Positions 1 to 11,455 are shown, counted from the first letter of the stretch. The stretch is DNA of 20,000 nt from Catajapyx aquilonaris (GCA_000934665.2 JYFJ02001709.1:53273-73272), one strand, 5' to 3'. Numbers and translations: made by a program. The notes: generated by a model from the sequence alone, not told the origin.

Positions 1-1442
1 TTGTAGTCCAGAGCTATTTAATAAGTTTAGGTCTAGAAATATAGCAGACCACGGTGGAGGAGTGTGTGTACAGTATATGCAGCAGACCTTGTGTGGCACC
101 TACATCAGAGTTACTAACACACCCCTTCAGTGTCACAATATTACATGGTAGTACATGTACTGTACAACAATATCCTAATTTTTTTTAAACCATATACAGT
201 ACCAGAAAGAAGAAATAAAGGGTGAGACTATTCTTCACAGATGATGCATTTAATATTAATTTTTTCTGTTGGGTAGTCTCAGATTTTGCTTGCTGGTGAT
301 GTACATTATTTTGATTGTTATGAGGGAAAATGCTGAGTAGGGTGATGGTACCAGTACAGTACTACTTATTCTCTCCTACGTATTATAGTAGAATCCTGTT
401 GCTGGGATGGAGAGGTTATTAGATCCATATCTAGAAGCAGTCAAAACCTAAATGTGGTAATTAATTTTCAGAGAGTAGAATGCAATCAAATATTGAAAAG
501 CTCTGCAATAGTCGTAAATTATGTCGAGGACGATTCACAGTACTGCACAGTAGCTCTTGTCATTTTTTCTTCAATCTTTCTTCACTCGTCACATGCTGTA
601 GCGCATATCTGGCGAATGCAGTTGTCAATTGCATTATGAAACAGTGAATCTGAGCTGTAAAAAAAGGGGGGGGGGGGATACTTATTAGAATACTTCATTG
701 TGTACTCAATTACACCAAAATGGGTTGACGGGGAAGCCGATTGTCCATGAACCTGTTGTGCCAATGGTTTTACTATTGATTCAATCAAAGAATAGTAACG
801 CGCGTCACAAAGGACAACAATTAAATAAATAATTACAGGCCCGTGACGTCAGTGCCATTCTCTGCTTGAATGAATAATAAGAGTGTAGCCATTAATCACG
901 TTACGTACATAAAGTATTGTAACGCTACTCACAGTGTTTTGCGAAAAAAAAGTAATGTCACAATGCAGGACAAAATTTACCTTGGACCACTTGGCAAAAT
1001 GTGCAACAGTTGCTTAAAATCTTATAGAAAGACTGCCACTTTTGTGTAATATTTCCCTACCTATTTTTCGGTGAAAGGTTAACCTACATAAGTGTTTGTT
1101 CGAACAGCCGAAAACAATCGTTGATTATTTGCATCATTCAGTGGGAGACGAACTGTAAAATGTGGGACGCACAAACCATGACATTAGATTTTGGAAGACG
1201 AAGCACGATCGCTTAACCAAATATGGGCGCCATCAGGATTGCAATTGTAAAAAAAATTACGAGTCATGTTAGGCCATTCATTGCGAGTGTGAGGGATTTT
1301 TTGGATGTTCGTCAGCAAACAGCTCTTGCATTGGTGTGTATAGAGCAGATGAGAGTCAAAAGGGCTGCCAGGAAACGAGGCGAAACTTGTTTAGATGACC
1401 CACATTACGAAATCTTCGGATTACCCACCTCCTCACTCCCTC

Positions 1443-1500
1443 TTCACATCCACACCCACACATTCATGGATGTGAAAACACCTTGAAAGGAATTTCAAGG
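1443..1500. other. Two adjacent perfect stem-loops
   Basis: TTCACATCCA (1443-1452) pairs with TGGATGTGAA (1467-1476), a 10-bp stem. Four nt later, CCTTGAAA-GGAA-TTTCAAGG (1481-1500) forms an 8-bp stem with a GNRA-type loop. Function unknown. Confidence 0.7.
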
Positions 1501-2170
1501 CCTCTGGAAGAAAGGGAAACTGGAAAACTTTACTTTCTAGCAGCTGGAGACTTGTGGGGAGGGTGCTGGGGGAGATGAAGCGAATTGTGGGACAATGTTA
1601 CATGCCAGATTGTGGTTAGAAACAATTGGCACCCAACGGTGTCTCAGGAAAGCCCTCAAATTCTTCAGCTCGATTGTCTATGCTGCAGAGCAAAATAATA
1701 AAAACACTATTACAAAATCAAACCACATAGGGCCAGTGGTTTTTCTGTTGCCATGATGCTCAATCACGAATTAGGAGCCAAACAGCCATTACAATCTTGG
1801 ACTATATTATGGCGCTACTACATCAAATGTGGTTGAAGCACATTTCTCATCGTGAGTCTTCCTCATTTTTATATTTGAAAAAGCGAGTTTGCAGAAACAT
1901 TATGCAGATGAGGGCGTGTCCTCCTTTTTCTACTAATGGTCAGTTGACGTGAATGAGTAGCTAATAACTCTTTCCACGTGACCGCTTATTTACACCGCGA
2001 CGCATACGCACGTGAGCATTAATATTTTGGACGAATTTTTTGGAACCTCGAGGGGTTGTTAGCATATCGTGAAAGTGAGACCTAAACTAACAGTTTGTAT
2101 AGTCACCCGCCCGACCCGAGACAGACCGTGTCATTTATTTTTAATTGCGCGATTCGGAGCAAGACACAGG

Positions 2171-2237
2171 AGGTTGAGGGGCAATGGAGGGGCCTCTGCA
2201 ACCAAGCCCTGGTTTCCCTTCCTCCATTTCGCAACCT
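2171..2237. other. Imperfect long hairpin
   Basis: Nested complementary blocks: AGGTTG (2171-2176) with CAACCT (2232-2237), AATGGAGG (2183-2190) with CCTCCATT (2221-2228), and an inner ACCA/TGGT pair. Confidence 0.5.
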
Positions 2238-3362
2238 GGGCCCAGCAGAACTCGGGTGATGCAACCCCATCTGACTCCTGCTGGTGCTGCTCCTATGCGC
2301 TGCCTGTTTGCTTGTTTCTGGTTTCTCTTATATTCCCATTCCTGTTAGCTGCTTTACGATGCAACCTCGGGTAATCGGCAGTTCATTACCTCGCCCTGCA
2401 TACCTTATTTTGCGTTGTATTTACTTTCTGGTTTGCAGCACTTGGTTCATGTTACTGGAGCTGTCGCTGAAGGGAGGTCAAGTCAAAATGTTGGCACACA
2501 AATTATAAATGGAGTGATACTGATGAGTCAAACAAGGAAGATGTAACTTACCCACATAAAGTATATGTAAGTTGTGGTCAATATACCAATGTCAAAAATG
2601 TCGCTAAGGTCGATTATTTTTTGTCAAATGCATTTTTTCAAAATTCAACCAGGTAACTGCAAAAGAATATGTATAGGCTATACCCACAACCTATAGTTTA
2701 TGAAATGAGAGAAAAATTTTGAATTTTGGTAGGTTTTGTGCGAATTTGTCGCATTTTTCAAGTGAACTGTACTATACAAAAGCTACGAAATACAACATTT
2801 CGATGGTCTCAGTGTGAACCACTGCTACAGATAACTGGTAGGCTTCTCATGCGCCGTTGCCTATGGCCCTAATTTCCTAATGGTATTTTTTCCCCCTTTT
2901 TTTGCAATGGACTGCTTATGCCATACTAAAAATACTCGTAATTTCCCTTTCTTAAACCTTATGGCTCACCCTTCACGGCCAGCTACACAATACGTTGTTG
3001 CAATAATGCAATGCATCTAATATTAAGGTGTGAGAAAACGCCCTGGTTGCGCAGGTCGTGCTGTTAACTCTCTGACCTTTGTCTATTGAGCCTATCGGTC
3101 GATGGTTTTTCCACACGAATAGACCCCATTGCCTTGACTTGAACAACGGGCAATGAACGACCGCGAAAGAGCGTGCGACCTATTCTAATGTAGGTCTCTG
3201 CTCCATATAGCATTATCAAGAAGCATTGTTGGAGAAGTAATCGACCCCTCTTGTTAACCAGCATATTTTGATTCGTGACCGTATTAACAAAAACACCTTC
3301 GCAATAATGTGATACTGTCACTTCCTGAAAGAGAAATCAACCAGAAATACTAGTTCGACAGT

Positions 3363-3390
3363 CATAACCGCGACGATTGCATAACCGCGA
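3363..3390. repeat. Short direct repeat (11-bp core, 17-nt period)
   Basis: CATAACCGCGA occurs at 3363-3373 and at 3380-3390. Confidence 0.8.
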
Positions 3391-5169
3391 AGATGCTTCC
3401 TTCTTTGTTGGAAACTGCAAAACAACCCAACAGCACAAAGACTTTTTGGGTCCGCGATGATCCGACATGTGCTTCGCAACCGGAGTCTCTGGTGCTGCAA
3501 GTGTCGTCACAAGACGAACAACACTGCATAGTGTGTTGTCGTTTAAAAAAAAAGTGGTATGCAAAAATCTGGAAAGGCCTAACGGAGTTATAAGGAGCTG
3601 AGGGGGAGAGAGTTGACGTCACATGTTGCTCCACTGACCTCTTCTTCGAGCCCGGAAGACACTGGAGCTGCGAAAGTATGTTAGTAAAAGTGAAAATGAC
3701 GGCTACCTTTTTATCACCCGCCGCCTCAGAGAGTCGCCTGACCTCCAAGAGGACTCCTTATTTCTGAACTTTGGCTCACGGGGAATTCTAGTGACTTGTG
3801 TGCACTCTGGACTCTTTTCCGGGAATCGCAATTGCTGCCTGCATTGAAGAAGGTAAAGTGGACTTATTGTGTATATCGGAATATTTTATGCTTTGTTGCG
3901 CAATATCCCCAATAGTATAGCGGATAGTGGACCGCGCCCGTTGCCTTTTCATTTTTCCCCCCTTTGTAATACCCGTGACCGGTGTGCATACATAAAGCGA
4001 AACGAGGTTCCTATAATGTATTCTCTACCTTGACAAATCTCGATTACCTCATATCTAGCTAATACCATTGTCGCACGCCCTTTGCCACATTATTTACATC
4101 TGTATGAAATTCAAATTGCTCTTCCAAGGAGACTGCTCCAAGTTGGCTCAGAAGACACAGCGGGGGTCGTTTGTTTTGCGAAATGTGCATGTAAATGTAA
4201 TAATTACGTAAAATTATTCGGCTCAAAAGTAATCACGAAACTGACATTAGTACAGGGAATGAAAAGTATGACTTATTAATTTATTCATTCATTCACTTAT
4301 TTCACGTGCCTGACAGAATACTTGGCACTGACTGTGAGTGGTGGTCAATTTTGCACGAGTCGACTGTCCATTTCAGAAAAAAATAAGGCTGATCCAGAAT
4401 TATATTACACATTAAACTAATAGTAATGGGCAATATCAATAATCTATAATCACTCGTTTTACAGACCATTAACGTGGGATGCTTGCTTCATATTGATTGA
4501 ATGCATGGATGTTTGGTCGTTTAGTGGTCATTCCAGTGGCCACTTTGGCGAATGGTTGTGGCTTGGGTCTCCCCAGCACCAGAAATAAACTCATGTGGCT
4601 CACCAATAGCTACTATGTATTTACTGAGTGGAGACGACTACAACTGTATATACCGTCACAATAACTGTTTAAAATTATTAATTTTTGTACTGGACGTGAA
4701 GGTCTGAAACGTTTATATTTTGGCAGTTCTGAATGTGAAAACATTGAAATATTGTCGAGGAGAGTACTGTAGATGTTCCTGAAATCACATAGAATGCACC
4801 ATAAGAAATAAATTATGTGGAATATGCAGCAAATGACGCACGTAACCTACAATAAGCCTGCGGTAAATCCTGCACGCCTGCTATATAGCCTCTTTCGGAT
4901 CCACTGTTTGCTGCATTATTTTAGCTAGAGCGGGCCAGTTGTAACAGTCCAAAATACCTGTCACAGTTATCACTCTCGGCAATTAGGCTTTGCCATTGTT
5001 GGAGGGTCAGCTCGGATTTCTGATGGATGTTTTTAGCATGTTTTGTATAAAGGTATTCAGTATACTGCTGCAACAATTGCGGAAAAACGTAACATTACAC
5101 CGCAGTGTCCACTGTCCATTATTATTCTGATTAGTTTTGTGCCATCAGCAGTTGAATCTCCAGATTTCC

Positions 5170-5207
5170 GAGTTATTAATGAACAAAATTGTTCATATTA
5201 ATAATTC
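5170..5207. other. AT-rich hairpin
   Basis: GAGTTATTAAT pairs with ATTAATAATTC (one G.T), and GAACAA pairs with TTGTTC across a 2-nt bulge. Confidence 0.55.
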
Positions 5208-7032
5208 ATTGCACCAGTGGTGGATTTAAATGCAAAGCGTCATGGTCTCGATGTTGAAATTTTTGCTGGATGTAAAAATAATATCTGTCTAATATTGTCC
5301 TAGCGCAACCTCTCCTCATTGACTCTGACTACAATGCAACTTGTATGTATATATTAGGCATGCAAATACCATACAGTTGCGGTATATGGCAGGTTACAAC
5401 AGCAGGGGTGAGGCCGAGTGCCCAACTCATATACCGACAGCGTATAACTATGCATTAATGACTCGATTACACTTTCATTGCAACATTCCGTGTACACTCT
5501 TTCCAAGTCGATATTATCAGTTTGGCGATAACAATACAGTACACCCAACGCGCTCATTGTCCTCTGGAGTTAATTTTGTTCGTTCAAGTCTGGTGGTATT
5601 GACTCAGAGTGACGAAATGAAGAGAATCGTGCAAAAGTAGTGACGTCCTCTGATATGAAGTTATTATACGCACGTTATGTCCGAAATTTTTAAAATTCAT
5701 GCTTTGAATACGCATATGGTCGTGGGGACGTGGGGTCCATTTTTCCGTTAATAAAGTAATAGCAATTGGGACTGTCAGGTGTCCAGTGATGATTAGCATC
5801 GAATGACTGTGGTCCGCGTGCTAGAAATATTGGAGTAACGCTGTGAAAGTTGGGGTATCGCAAGTGTCGCAACATTGTTTCAAACGTCACTTGCTGTACC
5901 CTCCACCTGTCTGTGTTCATGTGCTTCGCAGTCACATGCACGATAGCTTGACCTTGGCTCTTGGAAGTAGGACTTGTTGGGAGCATGTCTTGGCCGCTGT
6001 GAGATGTGCAATGCAAGACGAACTAGCTCTGACATGACTCCCATGGCCGTCAGGTGGTAACAAGTTCCTAAGCGTGACTAAAGACTCGTTTATTTCTAGC
6101 CCACAGATCGATGATTAGCTTATTGATCTTATTTCTTCGGGGGTGCGGCGTCATGTATTGGTGAGAAACATGTTTGCTCTATCGTAAGTTACAGTTTGGG
6201 GGGGGGGGAATGTCAGAATCTTCCCTGGTTATACAATTGATGAGTACTTAGGACTATTTACTCCGCTGCGATTAGTCAAGTCAAAATCTGTAATCAGAGC
6301 TCTCAAGTCAGTCAAGTCAAGACATATAAAATAGTTTCGTGTCCAGCAGAAGTTATATCAGGTTAAACGTCATTATTGCTTCTACGTGTGTAACTACTGT
6401 CCTTGTGCTGTATTAGAATCCTTTAATTAGCAAAATGCTGATGATTTAAATCTTTGCAAAAATTGCGTGGCGGGACAAAATGCCAAATATTGACTGGATT
6501 GAGCTCATCCATGCTTGCCTACCACACATCAAAATATTTGAAGTCAAGCAACTAAGAATTTTGATAATTTTAATTTGTTTACCATAGTCATTACTTGAGC
6601 CTTACTATTTTACTTCGCCATATAGACACACATGACACTGCAAATATTCTGCATGCGTGCTTTTCGAGTAATTTGTACGTACAGTGTTGTTGTGACGAAG
6701 ACCGACTGTGATAAGAAGGGAATGAGATGGGATATGAAATCACGAAGACTGGGACGTCATTTATTATGCAAATTGTAGGGAAAAGGGTCCTGTTATAGGT
6801 TCCCGGCATGTTTTTTTTAAAGATTCGAGATTTCGAGATTAGCGGTAGTATACTACAGCTGACGATCTTGTCATCTACAGTATTGTAAGATAATAGGCCT
6901 ATTTACGGGTTTGATTCTTTAGGATTTAGGTCTTGAGGGTGGCCATAACCTTATGCTATGGCTTGCTCTACTGACGATAGCCATTGCAGTAGGCCTAATA
7001 CATGGTGCGGTGTTGTACATAATATTATGCTA

Positions 7033-7610
7033 GGCTCCCGAAAACGGCTATTGGGCGAAAAAAACGAGCATTTCGCAAAATACTCTTTTCAAAACGGGCA
7101 GATCGCGAAATGCCCCTTTTCAAACCATCCATTTCGCTAAATGCTCATTTTAAAATTGGCTGATCGCGAAATGTTCTTTTTAAAAAGACCAGAACACTTT
7201 TCTGGACTACACAAAAATGTCAGAACGCGAAATAGTTAGTGTCGTGGCTGGTTCAGAAAAAAAAGCCCACAACTCGTTGTGGCAGTTCCTTGTTACCCAC
7301 TACACCATGTAGATAACAACAATAGGGCGATTTATTTCCAGCATCTACTTGACAGAGTGAGAAACAAGAAACTGCCACAGTGTGTTATGGGCTTTTTCTG
7401 AACCAGACACGACACTAATTTCGTGTCCTGACATTTTTGTGCAGTCCAGAAAAGCGTTATGGTCTTTTTAAAAAGAACATTTCTGGGATCTTCTCCTCAG
7501 TTTGAAAACGAGCATTTCGCGATCTGCCCATTGTATAAAGTGAACATTTCGCGATCTGTCCGTTTTGAAGAGAGAATTGTGCAAAATGATCAGTTTTCGG
7601 GGTTTGCGCC
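7033..7610. mobile_element. Non-autonomous foldback/MITE-like DNA element made almost entirely of two long inverted arms, with a repetitive outer domain and a unique inner domain
   Basis: Inner arm 7168-7314 is the reverse complement of 7343-7483. For example, GAAATGTTCTTTTTAAAAAGACC (7168-7190) matches 7461-7483 at 23/23, and the adjoining segment aligns with scattered substitutions and two 3-nt indels. The outer parts carry ~30-nt subunits: GATCGCGAAATG at 7101 and 7162, and its reverse complement at 7513 and 7545. Termini are TA|GGC...GCC|TA. No transposase ORF is present. Confidence 0.8.
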
Positions 7611-8176
7611 TATTATCAGAAATACATAAATGACTAGTATGATGGTTTAACTCAGTCTGTGTCTGACATTTTCAAACTGTGTACAGTATAGGTCAAGACC
7701 TGTCAAGACTGCGTGTTTACATCCATACTGCAGGCTATTAAAGCACCACCAGAACGTCTTGGTAGGTAGCTAACATCATGCACAGCTCTCTTGACCCACC
7801 AGCTGCCGCCCTGAAAGGGGCTGTCTCTCCCGATATCCAGGTGCTGCATAATTTTATCAACCTATTGTACAGATGCAATCTCTTCATGTACAGTAGTTGA
7901 CTGTAAATTGGGATTAGTCAGAGAAACGTATCGAGAAATGAACAATGGATAACAAGGGTTAAAAACGAAGAGCTGAAATTCAAAATGATCGTAGTCACAA
8001 TGGGATGATTGCTAAGCTTTACAGTTTCATGACTGTGTACACTTAAATGATCATTTTTTATGAAACATTTTAAGGGTAGGCACCTGTTATGCAAAAAAAA
8101 CTGACTTACCAACAGCACGGCGTATCAGTGCTTATGATTCCATTTTGACCAAATTATGAGAGCTACTTGGCAGATT

Positions 8177-8238
8177 GAGTCTTTAAGACAGTGTTGATGA
8201 TATATAACTTATATTACATCATAGACTGTCTAAGTCTC
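8177..8238. other. Imperfect ~60-nt hairpin
   Basis: AGACAGT (8186-8192) pairs with ACTGTCT (8225-8231), and TGATG (8195-8199) with CATCA (8217-8221). There is an inner ATAT/TATAT pairing and outer GAG/CTC and CTT/AAG pairs. Confidence 0.55.
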
Positions 8239-9748
8239 TAAGAGAAAAGCTATGTCCACATTATAGTCTTCCCTATATCACTGTGAGTACTTTACATGCT
8301 ATATTGTATGCTATAATGTATTGAATTTCCTTGGTGAAGTGAGACAATAATAAATTCTAACCTCTCTCACTATAACACTATTCAGGTACAAAATACCTTA
8401 CATACAATCAGGTGCATGCCAGTCGAAATAATTGAAACGGCCTCGCAGCTATACATTAAACGACACCAACAAGAAATATTAATGCGAATAATGTTGTATA
8501 CGTTTCGCAAATGCCACTTTATGATGTTCATGGGAATTCCGAAAAATACAGTACGCATTGTTTTGATTTCCAAAGAAACTGAATTGTACTTTTATGATGT
8601 CGTAATACCTATTTACGTAATGGTGCAGTCTTTCCATTACTGTGTCATCAATAACTGGCCTTCACTTACATTCTTTGTACAAAATCAGTCATTCAGAAAC
8701 ACATTCAGGGCCAGTTTGATTTTGAAAACTGATTTTCACTCAGGAATTAGAAGACTTTTCTCATTATATTCTAGAAACATAATCTTGATGGAAAATCAAA
8801 ATGGTCCCACTGGAAATATTACACAATCACGTAGGTGAATGCAACGTAAAATATATGTTTGACGCCTTTTGTTCAAAAGAAGAGATGTGACAATGCACTA
8901 GTTATGGCATGTTATGCATATACAGGTATTTAGGTCTGATACAAACTCAGTGCATAACGAAACGTGTTATGCATCACTTGAGAATATACCGGTGGTTGAG
9001 AGAAGTCATCAATTTAGCATAAGAAATAGTAAAGTTTACGTTAATGTAACGGTGCTTAGGGAAGGTAACCTTTTATAGTGCAGGAGTTTCAACAAAATCT
9101 GAGAAATTCTTATAGTGAAAATGACCTAGATTGCTGTAAAAATAAAGTAATAACAATAACACATGGATCAACTAAAACATTTGACCTACCCGTTTTTATG
9201 TATTTTCCTGGTCTATAATTGAAAAGTTGTAACGCATTCTTCGTGAGCTTTTATTAATACCTGCGTGCACATATTCTGACGTGTAAGTATATCGATATTA
9301 GCTGACTCTAATACTCCTATCACAAAGGCCTATCGAAGTTTGGTTGTACCATAACGCAATGAACATATAGTCCCTAAGTATTTTCATTACAGCTATTTAT
9401 GGTTCGAATTAACACATTGCGTGTAAATAATCACATTTCAACTGCGATTGCGTAATTCGTGGCATTCACCGTAGAACAACGTCTAATTGTCTTATCTGCA
9501 TATTTCATTACAAGTGCCATTATTATTATTAGACGGCTTGTAATCTAACAGCGTGCTTATATGTCCTTCGAAACAGCTGACCCAAGGTTTCGACCTCGTG
9601 ACCCGCAACCAGATGCTCCCTACTAATTAAATGGTGCGTATATGCTGAGTAGAAGCGTTGCAGCAAAGGTTGAAATGAAGGTTGTCGAGAAAGTCAGGTG
9701 AGAAGGGTACAAGGTGGTATGAAGTCTGCTGAAAAAGTGTTCAAGTGG

Positions 9749-9803
9749 CGGGGGGGTGGAAAATAAAGGAATGAGGGGGTCGGAGGAGGGGGGGGGGGGG
9801 AAG
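9749..9803 (+). repeat. G-rich low-complexity tract with G-quadruplex potential, immediately upstream of an ATGATGGCG start context
   Basis: Several G runs, including G13 at 9788-9800. Other poly-G tracts lie at 666-677 (G12) and 6198-6208 (G11). Confidence 0.7.
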
Positions 9804-9809
9804 GAGCAA

Positions 9810-10248
9810 ATGATGGCGGAAGAGTTGGCGGCGCTGCATGGCTCACTTGAATCGGCTGATGCTCGTTTCGCAACCTTTCCAAACCAGCAACTTTCACCTG
9901 CGACTACATACACCTGTACCTATAATCCTGTCGTCATTCCCAGAATCGGCAGGGACCGGTACGGACTAGCGGCTATCACCCCGTCACGCGGAGGATTTTT
10001 ACACGTGAAGTGACCCGATAAATACGTGCGTGATTTGCCATCACCCTGTAATTGAGGAATTCTCAAGACCTGATGGGCCAAGTGATGTGACTCAACATCT
10101 TCGGATTCATACAAGGGTACGTCACCGTCTATTTTTTGAACTGTTGCCTGCAATTCTGTGGGCTCGAATGGGAACACCGGTAGTAAACGTCTGTGCATGG
10201 TGTGTCCAATGACCCACTGCCGTAATGAAGCACGTATTGCTCGAGCAT
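9810..10248 (+). pseudogene. Possible disrupted Cys/His zinc-binding ORF (BIR-like or atypical C2H2-like)
   Basis: ATG at 9810 gives MMAEEL...ADARFATFPNQ...SRGGFLHVK* (stop 10011-10013). The +1 frame continues DPINTCVIC-x19-HLRIHT...CAWCVQ*PTAVMKHVLLEH (TGA at 10210-10212). Ligand spacings are non-canonical. Confidence 0.2.
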
Positions 10249-11006
10249 ACAGTGCATTGCATGCCCCTGGCCTAGGATTCAAGGTGTAAGTTACACACCT
10301 GAGAAAATCACAGGGTCAAGTGGTTGTCAACACTTGCGTGAAATAATAGATCAACCTTCACTCTATGCATATGAGTATTTTACATAACAATTTGAAGAGG
10401 GAGCGCCCAGAATTCCGCTGATTCAAACTACGGCAGTTTTTATGTACACAAGCTGGTTACGAAACAATGACAATATGATTACAGAAAGAGGCGTGGCCAC
10501 TCTTGCCATAAGTATTTACCCGCGTTATAACAAGGCATCTGCGATTCATCAACTCACATTAATCACGTTTTTCCCGATTCCCCTGAACCGAAAAATACAT
10601 GTTGGCCGCTCCCAAGTATCAACGTCCTTTCCTTCTTTCACCCCTTCTATCAAATCATGCATGACATTGATGCACTCTTCTGTTGGATGAATCATTGTGC
10701 ACTACGTTTGTGCAAGTTTCATGAGACAGGTTGGCGTCCTGGCCACCTCTTATCGATAACATTGACCGTACACGTCCTGCTGGGAGGAGTGATCGATGTC
10801 TAATAGGCATATGTGGCTAAAACCGGGGAAAAACTGAAGCCAGAGCATATACACGTCTCATTTCGCGTGCATGTAATCAACACAACCCCTCCCACGTCAT
10901 ATCGATTTATTTTACACAATCTGCAATATTATACAGTATCTTGTGACGCAATTTTTTAAAAATAAATCCCGGCTTACATTCGTTCAGTCCAGTCATGTGG
11001 TATAAA

Positions 11007-11071
11007 CCCCCCCCCCTCTCTCTCTCTTTTTTTTCACCCACCCACACCCCCACACACACTGGGGGAGGGGG
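11007..11071. repeat. Compound low-complexity tract (poly-C, CT repeats, poly-T, CA-rich, then G-rich)
   Basis: Read directly from the sequence; preceded by TATAAA at 11001-11006. Confidence 0.8.
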
Positions 11072-11352
11072 TATAGCGAGAGTGAGCTATCCTGCGTGGC
11101 AGTCTGCGGGCAGACATTGAGCTGGAAACATAGCATTCTGGTCCCCCCTTAGCAACCTTAGACTCACCCAGTCGGGTCTGATCACGCGGTCTGGCCTCTT
11201 GGTCTGATGGTCGAGTGTAGCTCATGAGGTCGTCTCCTCACACACGAACAGCCTGGAAACTGGATTTATCACCTGATGCGCTTAGGGAAGGGAAGCTGGC
11301 GATTACGGTCACTTGCGGGTGAGTTGAAATTTTGTATTACTTGTCATGTTTC

Positions 11353-11455
11353 GTGATGAGCGAAAGAAGATACAATATTGTTTGCGATATTCATGTCTTG
11401 TCAGTGTGATTAGCGGAAGAAGAAAAAATTGTTTGCAATGTTCATTTCTTGTCAG
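11353..11455. repeat. Diverged tandem duplication, period ~53 bp, two copies plus a partial upstream copy
   Basis: GTGATGAGCGAAAGAAGATACAATATTGTTTGCGATATTCATGTCTTGTCAG (11353-11404) aligns with GTGATTAGCGGAAGAAGAAAAAATTGTTTGCAATGTTCATTTCTTGTCAG (11406-11455) at about 80-85% identity. CTTGTCA also occurs at 11340-11346. Confidence 0.9.

Noticed and set aside
844..851. CRE palindromes TGACGTCA (844, 3614, 16688) and E-boxes CACGTG near 1975 and 2010
   Set aside because: Short isolated motifs with no linked promoter or gene evidence.
2520..2573. Hammerhead ribozyme-like core (CTGATGA, short stem II, CTTAC/GTAAG stem III)
   Set aside because: The invariant GAAA reads GTAA and no stem I can form.
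5341..5640. Sushi/CCP-like words (GYNSRGEAEC, LHFHCN)
   Set aside because: Cysteine/tryptophan spacing does not fit a CCP module.
6274..6321. GTCAA microsatellite as a retroelement tail
   Set aside because: Only a few interrupted units and no adjacent LINE/SINE body recognised.
9575..9625. tRNA/SINE B-box-like GGTCACGAGGTCGAAACC on the minus strand
   Set aside because: The B box is imperfect, and there is no A box or cloverleaf.
11353..11455. CRISPR array
   Set aside because: Only two diverged adjacent copies, no spacers, no cas genes, and a eukaryotic-looking context.
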